Assembly: GCA_965112735.1 (NCBI GenBank)
Contig: OZ218954.1
Location: 2,914,001-2,978,000 of the forward strand
Length of the DNA stretch: 64,000 nucleotides
DNA from: Phaeosaccion multiseriatum
Taxonomy: Eukaryota; Protista; Ochrophyta, other classes
Direction: 5' to 3'
The notes under the pieces were generated by a model. The model had not been told where the DNA came from, ran no database searches, and was given only the letters and a program-made list of their open reading frames with translations. Below are positions 49,401 to 61,609 of the stretch, piece after piece. Position 1 is the stretch's first letter; each line of letters starts with the position of its first letter. The position numbers and the translations under genes were made by a program.

Positions 49401-50076
49401 GTCACCCTCCTGCAGCACGTCATCTACGACGGACGAGGACATGTTGGAGCGGGAGCACTTCCTCTTTATAGACTTGGACGACTGCGGTCGAAGGCAGAGG
49501 GCCGAGGGAGGGTAGAGAGAGGTCAGCGACGGGACAGGGGAAGGCCCCCGGAGGGTTCTCTGGTGAGGTGGGCATGTGGAAAGCATCATGAGGTGAGGGT
49601 TTCTCTGTCTATATATACTTAACCACACTCACCTCCAACACTGCCTCCCTGAAGTTCTTCCGCAGCACGCATCGGGTGAGGTCGCTCCTCACGCTGTTCT
49701 TGATGTGCGCGGTCTGATCCTCTCTGCGAAGCGCAAAGTTGTGCACATGAGGAGGCGCCAGGGTTGTAGACACACAGCAGAAAAGGAGTATTATCAAAGA
49801 CGTCGTGCTAGAAGGGTTTTGCCTTTTGCAGGGAGTGCATCCCCACATGTCAGGCGAGGAAGTGACCCTGCTTCTCTTTCCTCCCTCCGAGTCCCTCCAC
49901 CTCCGTGTCAAGAGAACCCGCGCGCAAGTGCTTCTCCCCACATCATACCTGTAGCTAGTGATGCAGGACTCCATTACGGACGGCTGGCTCTCCAGAGGTG
50001 GGCTGCTGAAGCCCTCCAGCTGACGTTCCTCATCTTGACTCGCCTCATCTCTGTACGACAGAGACCGAAGAGCCAT
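43379..50076 (-). CDS. Large multi-exon protein: N-terminal coiled-coil with Cys/His cluster, long disordered acidic C-terminus; function unknown
   Basis: Chain of GT-AG exons (MALRSLSY..., EDQTAHIKN..., LRKLQKERLIVARLGFPGRALEID, CSCRKRYLCHHNKTASYNTRRP, LARKHETQLERLE) continuing into ORFs 45108-46742 and 43379-44566. Some junctions not verified. Confidence 0.65.
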
Positions 50077-50648
50077 GCTTGCCTCCCGCCTCCCTGGCTA
50101 GACGACTGCCTGGCCTCAGCGGCCGATGGGCCTACTATGCATTTATTTCGCCTGCTTTGAAGTGCGAAGTGTGCATCGGGTGCAAGCAAGGAGAGAAGAA
50201 CCCCCCAAAAAAGTCGGTGGCCGAAACTGTCAAATCTGTTAACGGAGAACCAACAGACCAACGTCGCGGCTTCTCCTCCATCTCGGGAATAATCGAAAGC
50301 AGGTACGCGTGTGCTGGTGAAGAGAACAGACTGGGAGGAAACGGAGAGAAGCCGAGGCCATGCTGGAAGATGATGGCCGAGTCCGTCATGAATTCCTGCA
50401 GTAAATCGCCCCCCCGCCTCAACACTTTTGTATTGTTCCCCTCCACTCCGCTACATTCTCTTTCCTCCATAAGGCCCACACAGCAGAAAAGGTGCAGATG
50501 CCGCCTTTTGTATACAACTCTTCTCTTATTCTTTTCTTTGCGTGTCTTCCCTTCCCTTCCGTCCTCGTACCAGGGTCGCCAAAGAGAGGTCACACAAAAC
50601 CCCCCAGCCCTCGCGACATACCTGCCCACGCCCGCAGCATATCAAGTA

Positions 50649-52326
50649 ATGGCGACTCCTTCTGCCAGCCACGCTGCTCCAACCGACGGGATGGAGTGCA
50701 TGGCCTGTATGGAGGACGTGGACGCGACCAACTACGTGGAGTACCAGACCGAAGAGGGTGAGTTGCGGGGCCGCGCTCCTTGGGCTGGCAGAGGAGCCCT
50801 CCTATCACCAGTGCGGGGCATCGGAGGCCACCCTGGCGACGCTGCAAGTCCCTTTGGTCTCCGCGCTTTAGTCACTCCCCTTCCCCGTCGAGTGCGGGAC
50901 TCCTTCTCACCGCTTCTATGCATCCTCCCCCCCCCCCCCTCCAATGCGCGAGTAGGCCTCACTTGGTATGCACCGCCCCTCTCTGCTTGCCTCTCTGCTT
51001 GTCCTCATCCTCTCCCTTTTCTCCCTTCTTTCACTGCTCAACAGGGGGGGCTTGGAAGCCTGCGCTGTTTTGCGAGTCATGCATAACTCGCTTGCAGAAC
51101 TCGCAGTGGGACGATTATGTCAACGGACTCGCCAAGGCCACTTGCAAAGCCGAGCAGCGGAGAATGCTTGACAAGGGGCCGCCCATCAATGTCCATGTGA
51201 GTAGATAAACAGGCGGGCAGGCAGGCAGGCAGGCAGGCAGGCAGACAGACAGGCAGGCAGACAGACAGGTATTTCGCAGGCAGACAGACAGACAGACACA
51301 CAGGCAGGCAGATAGGCAGGCAGACAGATAGGCAGGCAGGCAGGCAGGCAGGCAAACAGGCAGACTGACAGGCAGACAGGCAGACAGATAGGCAGGTAGG
51401 CAGACAGGCTGGCAGGCTTGTGCAGGCGGCACAACCAGCAGGTAGCCAAGGGTGATCGAGAGAGTCAGTGCCGTGCTTTGGAAAAGCAGGCAGCGAGGCA
51501 CAAGCGCAGATAGTTTCTCACGCGAGGCATGCATGAATAATGCATGCCCCTGTTCTACGCTTCTGCTGCTGTCTCACCCCCGCCCGCCCATCCCTCTTCC
51601 ACCCCCTCAGGACCCAAATGCAATGCCATGTCCGGAGAAGGAGGGCTCCACCAAGTCTGAGGTGTACAGGTTATGGTTCAGCAGCGATGGGCAGGAGCAC
51701 AGCGCTAAGCTTAAAGGGTCGTTGGAGGGGGAAGAGCGGCAGAAGTGGTAAGAAGACAGAAGACGGGCGTGCAGGCTTGTGCGTGTTGTGTGTTGTGGGT
51801 CGGCGGAGGGTTACGGTAGCGGCCCGATGCATGAAGGGGATGGACGGCATGCGTTGGGGGGCGCTACATAACAAGGAGATGAGGCTTATCAGCTCGGGGT
51901 CGTTGGTTATTATGGCCGGAAAAGGCCACGGAGGGAGGGAGGGAGGGAGGGAGGGAGGAAGAGTGGTCTCAGCGTCGTTTGTTATTCTGTTGGATGCCAC
52001 GCTCCGGCCCCTGTCTGACTGCCGCCCAAAGCCTTGAGTGCGCGAGCTCGTCCTCGCTCTCTCTCCCGGCTGGTCGGCCGAATGCACGTGTTGTAACACG
52101 TGTACTGTGAGAGTGTCTTGTCTCCTCCCGTCCAAGAGACCCTCCTCTTCTCCTCCATCCATCCAACTCACATTCCCTCCTCCTCTGCTCGCCCTTCGCT
52201 CTGCCTGCTTGATGTGTTTATAGGTGGGATGAGAAGGAAAAGTTCCGCTTCAAGGAGGAGGATGACCCCAGCGAGGGGGGCACTGAGGGGGGAGGCACCA
52301 CCCACCAGGGACCGAAAATACACTAG
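50649..52326 (+). CDS. Small CxxC...CxxC (partial RING/zinc-ribbon-like) protein of unknown function, 4 exons
   Basis: MECMACMEDVDATNYVEYQ|GGAWKPALFCESCI...CKAEQRRMLDKGPPINVH|DPNAMPCP...SAKLKGSLEGEERQKW|WDE; junctions in frame; TAG at 52324-52326. Confidence 0.75.
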
Positions 52327-53080
52327 TAAGGTCCAACATGAGAAGAATCCGATTTTCTTGGCGACAATTGCAAATCTGAGTTTACGCCAAGTGTCTGTAT
52401 GAGAAAGCCGACCCGGTGACGGCTTCAATGATTCCCCTTGCCCATGTACCAACTGAGGATAGATAGATGGAGAGATGGAGTCGTAATATGACCATCGATG
52501 GTGGTCGCGTAAGGTTAGGGGCAAGGGTTTTTTTCGATAGCGTTGATACGGGTGAGCTAGGGTTCCGTTGTTGGATAAGCGCAGATTACAGGGTATATAT
52601 ATAATACATATGATCTAATCCTCTGCCCCTAAGGAACTGTGGGCAGGATTTCGTTCCACTCACACTGCACCACCATCCGCTCAATGCCGAGGAGCCACGG
52701 ATGCGTGAGTGGCGGCGGCATAACTCTCCGTCCTTCTCCAACCTCTCAGCGCATGGCTCCCATCCATCCGGCTGCGGAGCCACAGCGCCGCTGCGGTGGT
52801 TTTTTAGGCCATCGTCACTGCCTGTCACATGCAGGAGCGAGTATAAGCAAGGAGGGGCAGTTGGTGCTCCAATTTACTTTCAGATGGCACTAAGGTGCTC
52901 CTTCTCTTCTCTCCTCCCATATCCCGCAGCACGGCGTAAGGACCCGCTTGTTAACTTGGAGAGCGTTGCGGAGCTTGAGCCACGCTTAGAGGGGCGGGGG
53001 GGGTACTTACATCCTACGTAATGGGTTGATTCCAACCACCCTTCCACTTCTGCTTCTTGACTCCAGCTTGGAAGGTTGGC

Positions 53081-53430
53081 ATGGCTCTCTACGCCCTTCT
53101 GAGATTGCGACCGCGCAGGCCCAATGGTATCTGCGGGAGCCTTGAACAGCTCGTCAACCAACACCAGCAGCAGATCAAGCAGAACTGCGTCCAGCTTCAC
53201 TACGTCCACATCCTGTCGGAGAAGATATCCCACGACAAGGGTAAAGGAACCAACACACTGGACCAGTGCAAGCAGTTGCCAACTTCCCAGGTGGCAGCCT
53301 ATACGTCTCGTACAACCCACTGGGATCGGACGCTCCAGTTGCCAGGCAATCACACCATCCCTACCACCTTCATCTACGGTGGACACAGGAGCAGCAGTAG
53401 TACTAGTAGGAGGAGTCATAGCAGTAGCAG

Positions 53431-53466
<36 letters not shown>

Positions 53467-54262
53467 CACCACCACCACCACCAGGAGGGGCCGTAGTAAG
53501 GGTAGAAGTAAGTGGTGCTCTGTGGAGGGCTGCAGTAAGTGGGCAAGGTGGGGCTTCGATGTCTGCACGAAGCACGGGGCGGAGTGGAAGAAGTGCTCTG
53601 TGAAGGGCTGTGGGAATCAAGCCAGGAAGGGTGGGATCTGCATAAAACACGGAGCGGAGACGAAGAAGTGCTCTGTGGAGGGCTGCGGGAATGTAGCCAA
53701 GACGGGTGGCGTCTGTGTAAAGCACGGGGCGCAGACGAAGAAGTGCTCTGTGGAGGGCTGCGGGAATGGGGCCAAGAGGGATGGGGTCTGCTATGCGCAC
53801 GGGGCAAAGAGGAAGAAGTGCTCTGTGGAGGGCTGCGGGAATGTAGCCAAGAAGGGTGGGGTCTGCATCAAGCACGGGGCGCACCGAAAGACGTGCTCTG
53901 TCGAGGGCTGCGGGCATATGGTCGTGAACAATGGCGTCTGCTATGCGCACGGGGCGATCAGGAAGATGTGCTCTGTCGAGGGCTGCGGGAATGTTGCCGC
54001 GATTGGTGGGGTTTGCTATACGCACGGGGCGAAGAAGAAGATGTGCACTGTCGAGGGCTGCGGGAATCAGGCCGTGAAGCGTGGGCTCTGTAATAAGCAC
54101 AGGGCACTCGAGGACACGTGCTCTGTGGAGGGCTGCGGGAATCAGGCCAAGAAGGATGGGGTCTGCATCAAGCACGGGGCGTACCAGGATCGGTGCTCTG
54201 CGGAGGGGTGCTATAAGAAGGCCAACGAGGACAGTTGGTTCTGCAGCTTGCACGCGCCGTAG
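53081..54262 (+). CDS. WRKY19-like CX4CX10CX2H zinc-finger repeat protein (10 x 25 aa); start uncertain
   Basis: Ten tandem C-S-V-E-G-C-x10-C-x2-H-G units (75-bp period, ~53509-54259) after a Ser/Thr linker. No WRKYGQK domain. Confidence 0.85.
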
Positions 54263-55149
54263 ATGTGCGCCTGACTCGAGAAGAGGAAGAGGACATGCCA
54301 TCAGGGCCTCAGCTACGACACACAGGGATATGTCTGTGTATCAACTTGCAAATTTGGAAGTGTCATTTCATTTCAGGGTTGCCGTTACCGCAACCACCCT
54401 CTCGCTGCCCTCTTCTCTCCTGGAAGAGTCTCCTCCTCCTCCTCCTCCTCCTCCTCCTCTTCGGAGTGGTGCGTGCCGCGACCGCCCTCCACTTCCTGCG
54501 CACTGCGGTACTTGTGCCTCCGCTGCTGAGCTTTGGGAGACGCCCACACGCACACAGTACGAGGGACACACGTGAGAGGTCACGCAGCGCACACACTCAC
54601 ACACACGCACGCACGCTCTACCACACACAAGCTCGCACATGACACCGCCGCGCTGGATTCGGTGGGCCCCAACAGTATGTTTGCTTCCCTCTCCCAATGC
54701 TACACTGGAGGCCTGATCTGGGCGCGACATGCTATCTCTGTTTTGCTCAGTCTGCTCCATTGGTAGGGTGGTGACGTGGCTGCGTGCGCGGGTGCGTTTG
54801 TGGGTGCGTGCGTGCAGTGGAAGGGAGCGCGCGGTTGAGGGGGGGTCGTATCCCAACACCTCCGTCCGTCCCTTTCGCAGGATGAACCCTTCGCATCTCA
54901 CACCACCCACACCCACCCGCCCCCTCCGCCGCTCTGGTATTTGTTCGGCTGCTGTTTCCTCCGTCACTACCGCTCCTGTCAGACTGCACGAGGTTTCTGC
55001 ACCAAGAGCCGCAGCAGCCACAGAGAGCGGAGACAACTACTGGCAGGCTTGTCCAATTCCCGCGCATGCGCCCACTGCTTCATCTCCTCAAACATCTCGG
55101 GGCGTCAATGTTCCATCCTGCACCCCCCGGTTTTGTAGATTCTGTCTAG

Positions 55150-56014
55150 TCCTCTGTCCCTGATGACCTGTGGGCAAGGCCTATCGTTCGTCCCACTCAC
55201 ACTGCACTGTCGCAACCATTTGAGCACTGCCAGACTCTTTCCCCCCATGACTGCATACGTGCACGCATTCGAAGAGCAGAGGTGATGGCGGACATTGGCG
55301 TGGAAGAGCTGCAAGCACCCCCAGTGCAAGTGTCCCTTGTAAGCAGCGCAGCGTACAAAATCCCCGGGGGGCGCCTGCGTTGAAACGATTTCCTTCCAGC
55401 AAGGTTCTGGTGCGAGAATGGATTCAGCAGGTACTACACCACGGGAATGTGCCCACCCCTCGAAAGTTAAGCCTCCGTCCAGTCGTAGATGCGAAATGGA
55501 GCATCCTATTCCTCCGAGAGAAGCCACTTCACCATCTCGGGGCCTCGGGCGCCCGGCTTTCCCAGCCTCTGCAGAACTTACTTCATGCCATACGACACCT
55601 CTCACCTTGTCGGGAAGAGGCCTTAGCATCACAGCCATTGGAGAATACTCATAGGCCATACTGCTCACTCTTCTACAGACGCCAAACACACCACCCCTTC
55701 CAGGGAATGCTTTTCTCACGGAGGGCCTTGCGCACCTGGACGTACCCATGGCTGGCAGCGGCCTTGAAAGTCCTGACACTCAGTGCACCACACCTTAAGC
55801 GCTTCGCCTCGTGCACGTGATCAACGGACTCCACCACGCTCAGCTCAGATGTCGCCTTGGCGGGATATGCGTGTGTGTCGTGGTCCTTCCACTCCTTGCT
55901 CATCGTCGCTACAACGGCGTCATGACCTTCGCGAACACCGCTCATGACCCTGCTGAGCACCCTGAGCACCTCGCCCTCCGCTAATGCCTTCTCACAGGAC
56001 CCACAGGCGGGCAT
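55150..56014 (-). pseudogene. Degenerate ankyrin-type repeat gene (AAxxGxLxxLKWLRxxxCxWD family)
   Basis: FKAAASHGYVQVRKALREKSIPW, EMVKWLLSEE*, CAAYKGHL and AVMGGKSLAVLKWLR / QCEWDE fall in different frames with in-frame stops. Confidence 0.7.
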
Positions 56015-57060
56015 GGCATCGGCACAAGCATGTGCACAAGTATGCCTCCTCCGTCCTCTTCAACACTTTGTGCCATCGCTGCTGCCGCTGCTCCTGCTGC
56101 TCCGCCCCCACACCCACCTTTCTTCTCCCTCTTCAACCCCACTTCCGCTCCTTCCAAGAGTTGGGTGTGGCTACCGCTGTGGTCGCGCCCTTCACGACCC
56201 TGCCTTTCCCCCTCTGCTGCTACTCTCTGCGTTAGCCAGTCCGTAGCCCCCCCCCTCGAGGATGGCGCTAGGCGAGGATACATTCTCATCCACACAAGAT
56301 GGCAGCGGGACTTGATGTGAGGCCTTCCTTCCACTCACTGCCTGTCTGAAGCGCATCATCCAGCACCATCAGCGAGCGGGGCACTCTGCAGCCAAACGAG
56401 CCACCTTGACCACCTGTGCAATTCAAGGAGGCTCTCTGCTGCGCATCGCGCGTGCGGCTCCACACCCTTATCCACCGCTGGCTCGAAACTGCCATCAGAG
56501 GTTGCCGTGCCGTATACGTGTTTGCATATTCCCATCTCGCTGAGTGGAGGGAGGAGGAGGGGAGAACAAAATCAGAAACGAGCGCTCAGGGGTCCTCCCA
56601 ACTTGGCACAACACCAACTCTTCCCTCCTCTCCTCTCATCCCCTCTCCTCTCCTCTCCCCTCCACTCCTCGGATCCATCTCGACTTGTTGCTCACCTCGA
56701 TGTCCTGCTCGCCCGCTGGCGACATTCGCTTCCAGAACTTGAGGCAGGCGCCGTAGGTGGCTATGCACACCAGTGACAAGAACACGGCAACCAAGGCCCA
56801 ACCATCCGCGCCCATCGTGGAAGAGATGTGACAGAAGGAAAGGAAGATCGTCCCCCCGTCAATGAAGTTTTCCCGTCCAGTGCCATCTGCTCTGCCTTAA
56901 GGGGAGGGATATATCATATCGGGGAGGATCGGGGGAGGAAAAGAAAAAAAAGAAAAAAGAGGAGGAAAAGAAGGAAGAGTAGAAATAGTAGCAGGAGGAG
57001 GAGGAGGAGAGGGCGAAGAATTTATCGAAAGACGCTTGGGACTGCGGTGGCAGCGGCAGG

Positions 57061-58024
57061 ATGGTGCCGTCTGCGCCCAGCAGCCAAGGGCACCTTATCG
57101 GTTTGTGGCGCCTTGCTGGTCCTCATCTCCCCAGCTCGAGGACGAGGAAGCGAAGCAGAGGCTACTCGTGCTTGCTGGGGCCGGTGTCCGTGCTAAAGGT
57201 CGCGCTGCTGCTCCTCATTGCCTGCCCTCTCCTTCACGGCTGGGGCATGGTTCGGATACCCTTGGCATCCGCAGGGGTTCGGAGAGGAGTGGGACACAGC
57301 AGCAGAAGCCGCATCAGCCGTAGCAGCAGCAGCAGCAGCAGCAGCAGCTCGGTAGCAAGAGGTGGGGTTAGACGGGCCCGGAGCTCCCTTGCTTTTAGAG
57401 GTGGCCGTGGCGGCTGTGCAGGCCGTGGCCAGGAGAGCGAAGGCGATGATGTGACGGCTTCTGGTGCCTCTGGGCTAGAGAGGGTGCAGGAGGGGATGAG
57501 GGGGGGCTTTGGTCTGGCCCGGCAGAGGTTTTTGTCGGCCAGGCTGGGGCTGCAGGGGAGGATGGCACTGCGAGGGTCGGCTGCGTCGGGGCAAGGCATC
57601 GATCTGACGGGCAATCAATGGCCTGACGCAACAGTGGCGCCCGAGGATAGGTGAGGGAAGAGTCACGAGAGGGGGGCGGGGAGGGGAGTCCCTCGTTCAA
57701 GAGAAGAGGGGGGTGGAGCAGGGAAGGGGATGCCAGGAGGAGGGGAGGGGCAAGCGGGGCAAACATGATATGCCTGATAATGCTCTTGTCATTGTCCTTG
57801 AGGGATTTAGGGAGGGGTGTTCTCCATTGCTGGTACATCCCTGTGCGTCTTTGTTGTATGCTGCCGTACCCGGACTCATGTTGTCTTGTACCTGTTCCTC
57901 TGCGCGTGCTGCCTCTGCCTGGCCGGGTCCGTATGACCCCTGCACAGATGCTTCCTCATCAACGGTTGGCGCTGGCACTCCCGCGCGGCTGTGAGAGATT
58001 TGAGCCGCTTCATTTCCGCCGCGC

Positions 58025-58064
<40 letters not shown>

Positions 58065-58491
58065 AGCAGAGCGAGCAGGAAGGAGGAGGGAGGGGGGAAG
58101 GGAAGGAGGGGAGGGAGGGATGGAGAGACGGAGGGAAGGATGACTGGGGAAGACCGAGGAATGATCGGGAGGGAGCCACGGAAGGCGCCTTCGTTCGAAG
58201 GAATATAGCAGTGCTGTGTACTTGTATCTGCAATGAATACCCCCCCCCCCCGCCGCCTACTTTTCTTCGGATGGACGCAACAGGAGTGTGCGCAGCTGGT
58301 GGAGCGGCAGGGGGGGGACTCACAGGTGGCGAGAGAGGGCTGCGAGCGACTCTACAAGGGCTACGAGTATCTGTGGGGCTTCACCTTCAAGAAGCTGCAC
58401 AGCGTGAGTGGAGCCAGAGCCTTTGGCTTGTGGTGTTGCTCTGTTCGTCTCATCTGATGAGAGACCAGAGACCCTCTGCTGCTGCTGCTGC

Positions 58492-58558
<67 letters not shown>

Positions 58559-61500
58559 GCTGTCGTCATCGCGGTTGTTTCCTCACTCACCTTGCCTGCC
58601 TCCCTCACCCTGGCCTCGGCCCCAATCCAATACACCTTCACAACGATATATAACCAACAGGTGGAGTTCGATCTCTTTTGGCCGTGGCTGAGGCAGAACA
58701 GTCCGAAGGACTCTCAGCCGTATCTCAATGAACTCGAGAGGGAACGAACACAGGTAATTCAGAGACCTTCTTTCATTCCCCGGTAATTCAGAGACCTTCT
58801 TTCATTCCCTGCCTCTCTTGCTGCCTCTCTGGTGTTGTGTGCCACCCCCCCCCTCCCCCTCCCCCCCACACGCATATCCCACCCTTTCAACACACTTCAC
58901 CCCTCCTCCTGCTCGCCCCTCCACACCCCAACCAACCAACCTTCTTCACACACTTCGCTCCTCCTTCTGCTCACCCCCACACCCCCCTGCCAACCCACCG
59001 CCTCCGCCACACACACCCCATCCCACCCTACTCACCACACACACGGTTCGGTTTCGCGTCCCTGAGCACCGCTCAAACGACCCCCCCCTCCCCTCTCTGT
59101 CTCTCCTTTCTCCCCTCTCTGTCTCTCCCCTCTCCTCTCTCTGTCTCCCCCCTCTCCACCCTCTGTCTCTCCCCTCTCCCCTCTCCCCTCTCCCCTCTCC
59201 CCTCTCCCCTCTCCCCTCTCCTCTCTCCCCCCTCTCCCCTCTCCCCTCTCCCCTCTCCCCTCTCCTCTCTCCCCCCTCTCCCCTCTCCCCTCTCCTCTCT
59301 CCCCCCTCTCCCCTCTCTGTCTCTTCCCTCTCCCCTCTCTGTCTCTCCCCTCTCCCCTCTCCCCTCTCTGTCTCTTCCCTCTCCTCTCTCTGTCTCTCCC
59401 CTCTCTCCCCTCTCTCCCCTCTCCCCTCTCCCCTCTTGTCTCTCTCCTCTCCCTCTGCTCTCCCTCTCCTCTCTCCCTCTCCCTCTCCCTCTCCCTCTCC
59501 CCTCTCCCTCTCCCTCTCCCTTCTCCCTCTCCATATGGTGTGACCCTGTCCCTGTCCCTGTCCCTCTGTCCTGTGCTGTGCCCCCCCCCCCCGCCCTTCT
59601 CTCTCTGTGTGTCCCTCTCCATGTACCATGGCCTATGCCCAAGCAGATCGTGGACATGGGCAATCGTCTGGGGGGGGCGTGTAGGAAGGCGTGTGGAGGA
59701 GGCAGGAAGAGCCCTGGGGCGTTGAAGGAGGTGCTTAGCATCGCGGTGAGTGAGTGAGTGAGTGAGTGAGTGAGTGAGTGGGTGAGTGGGTGAGTGAGTG
59801 ATTGAGTGATTGAGTGAGTGGGTGGGTGGGAGTGATTGAGTGATTGAGTGAGTGAGTGAGTGAGTGGGTGGGAGTGCGTGAGTGAGTGAGTGAGTGATTG
59901 AGTGAGTGGGTGGGAGTGAGTGAGTGAGTGATGAGTGAGTGAGAGGGTGAGTGGATGGGTAGGACTGAGTGAGTGAGTGTTGAGTGAGTGAGTGAGTGGG
60001 TGGGAGTGCGTGAGTGAGTAAGTGAGTGATTGAGTGAGTGGGTGGGAGTGCGTGAGTGAGTGAGTGAGTGAGTAAGTGAGTGAGTGAGTCAGTGGGTGAG
60101 TGATTGAGTGAGTGGGTGAGTGAGTGGGTGGGAGTGAGTGGGTGGGAGTGAGTGGGTGAGTGATTGAGTGAGTGAGTGAGTGAGTGAGTGGGCGGGAGCG
60201 CGTGAGTGAGTGAGTGAGTGAGTGAGTGATTGAGTGAGTGGGTGGGAGTGAGTGAGTGAGTGAGTGAGCGAGTGAGTGATGAGTGACTGAGAGGGTGAGT
60301 GGATGGGTGGGACTGAGTGTGTGAGTGTTGAGTGAGTGAGTGAGTGAGTGAGTGAGTGCGTGAGTGAGTGAGTGGGAGTGCGTGAGTGAGTGAGTGAGTG
60401 AGTGATTGAGTGAGTGGGTGGGAGTGCGTGAGTGAGTGATTGAGTAAGTGAGTGAGTAAGTGAGTGAGTGGATGGGAGTGAGTGGGTGAGTGAGTGGGTG
60501 AGTGCGTGAGTGGGTGAGAGTGCGTGAGTAAGTGAGTGTGTGAGTGATTGAGTGAGTGGGTGGGAGTGCGTGAGTGCGTGAGTGATGAGTGAGTGAGTGA
60601 GTGGGTGATTGGATGGGAGTGCGTGCGTGCGTGAGTGAGTGAGTGAGTGAGTGAGCGAGGGAGGGATGGGGTGAGTAAGAGAGTGAGTGAGTGAGGGCGG
60701 CGCCGCCGCTGCCCTAAGGGAGCCATCGCATGTTACCCCACCCCATGCCATCCCATCCCGTTAGCAGCAGCAGTGGCTGCAGCAGCAGGAATAGTAGTAG
60801 CAGCAACAGTAGCAGCAGCAGCCGTGGTAACAACAGTAGCAGGAGGAGTAGCAGCTGTAGCAGCAGCAGCAGTAGTAGTATGAGCACGTGCGTAGTATTG
60901 TACCTCATTGTTGCCCTCTGTGCGCTACCCACTCTTCCCTCTCTGCCCTCTCTACCTGGCCTCCCACCTGCCCACCTGCCTGCTTGCGTGCCCACACGCC
61001 TACCTACCACCTACCTACCTACCCACCTACCTACCTACCTACCCACCTACCTACCTACCTCCTTCATGCGTACCTACCTGCCTACCTGCCTACCTACCTA
61101 CCTACCTACCTACCTACCTACCTACCTACCTACCTACCTACCTACCTACCTACCTACCTACCTACCTACCTACCTACCTACCTACCTATCTACCTACCTA
61201 TCTGCCTGTCCGTATGCCTTTGACCCCCCCCCCCCCCCACCGGACACAGACCGAGCTCGAGCGTCGCCAGGCAGAGCTGACTCTACGCCAGGAGGGCTTT
61301 GTCATGCCGTGCGTGGCTGCCTTCGTACCCTTTAAGGTACAGAAGAAGTTCAACAACAGAGTTATTCAGAGCCTAGGCCTTGTGGACTCGCAGGTGCGTG
61401 CGTGCGTGTGTGTGTGCGTGCGTGGGTGGGTGGGTGGGTGCCCTCTTCCTCATCGCTGACCAATATGCGCTGCGTTATCACCCACCAGCTGCTGCCGCTG

Positions 61501-61578
61501 TATCACCAGCTGCTGCCCTTGACTTTTTGTATCTGGCAACTGCTGCTGCTATATTACCAACTACCTCTACTGCTGCTG

Positions 61579-61609
<31 letters not shown>

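Noticed and set aside
52880-54301. 473-aa minus-strand ORF with PAALHRA repeats
   Set aside because: Antisense shadow of the CSVEGC zinc-finger array.
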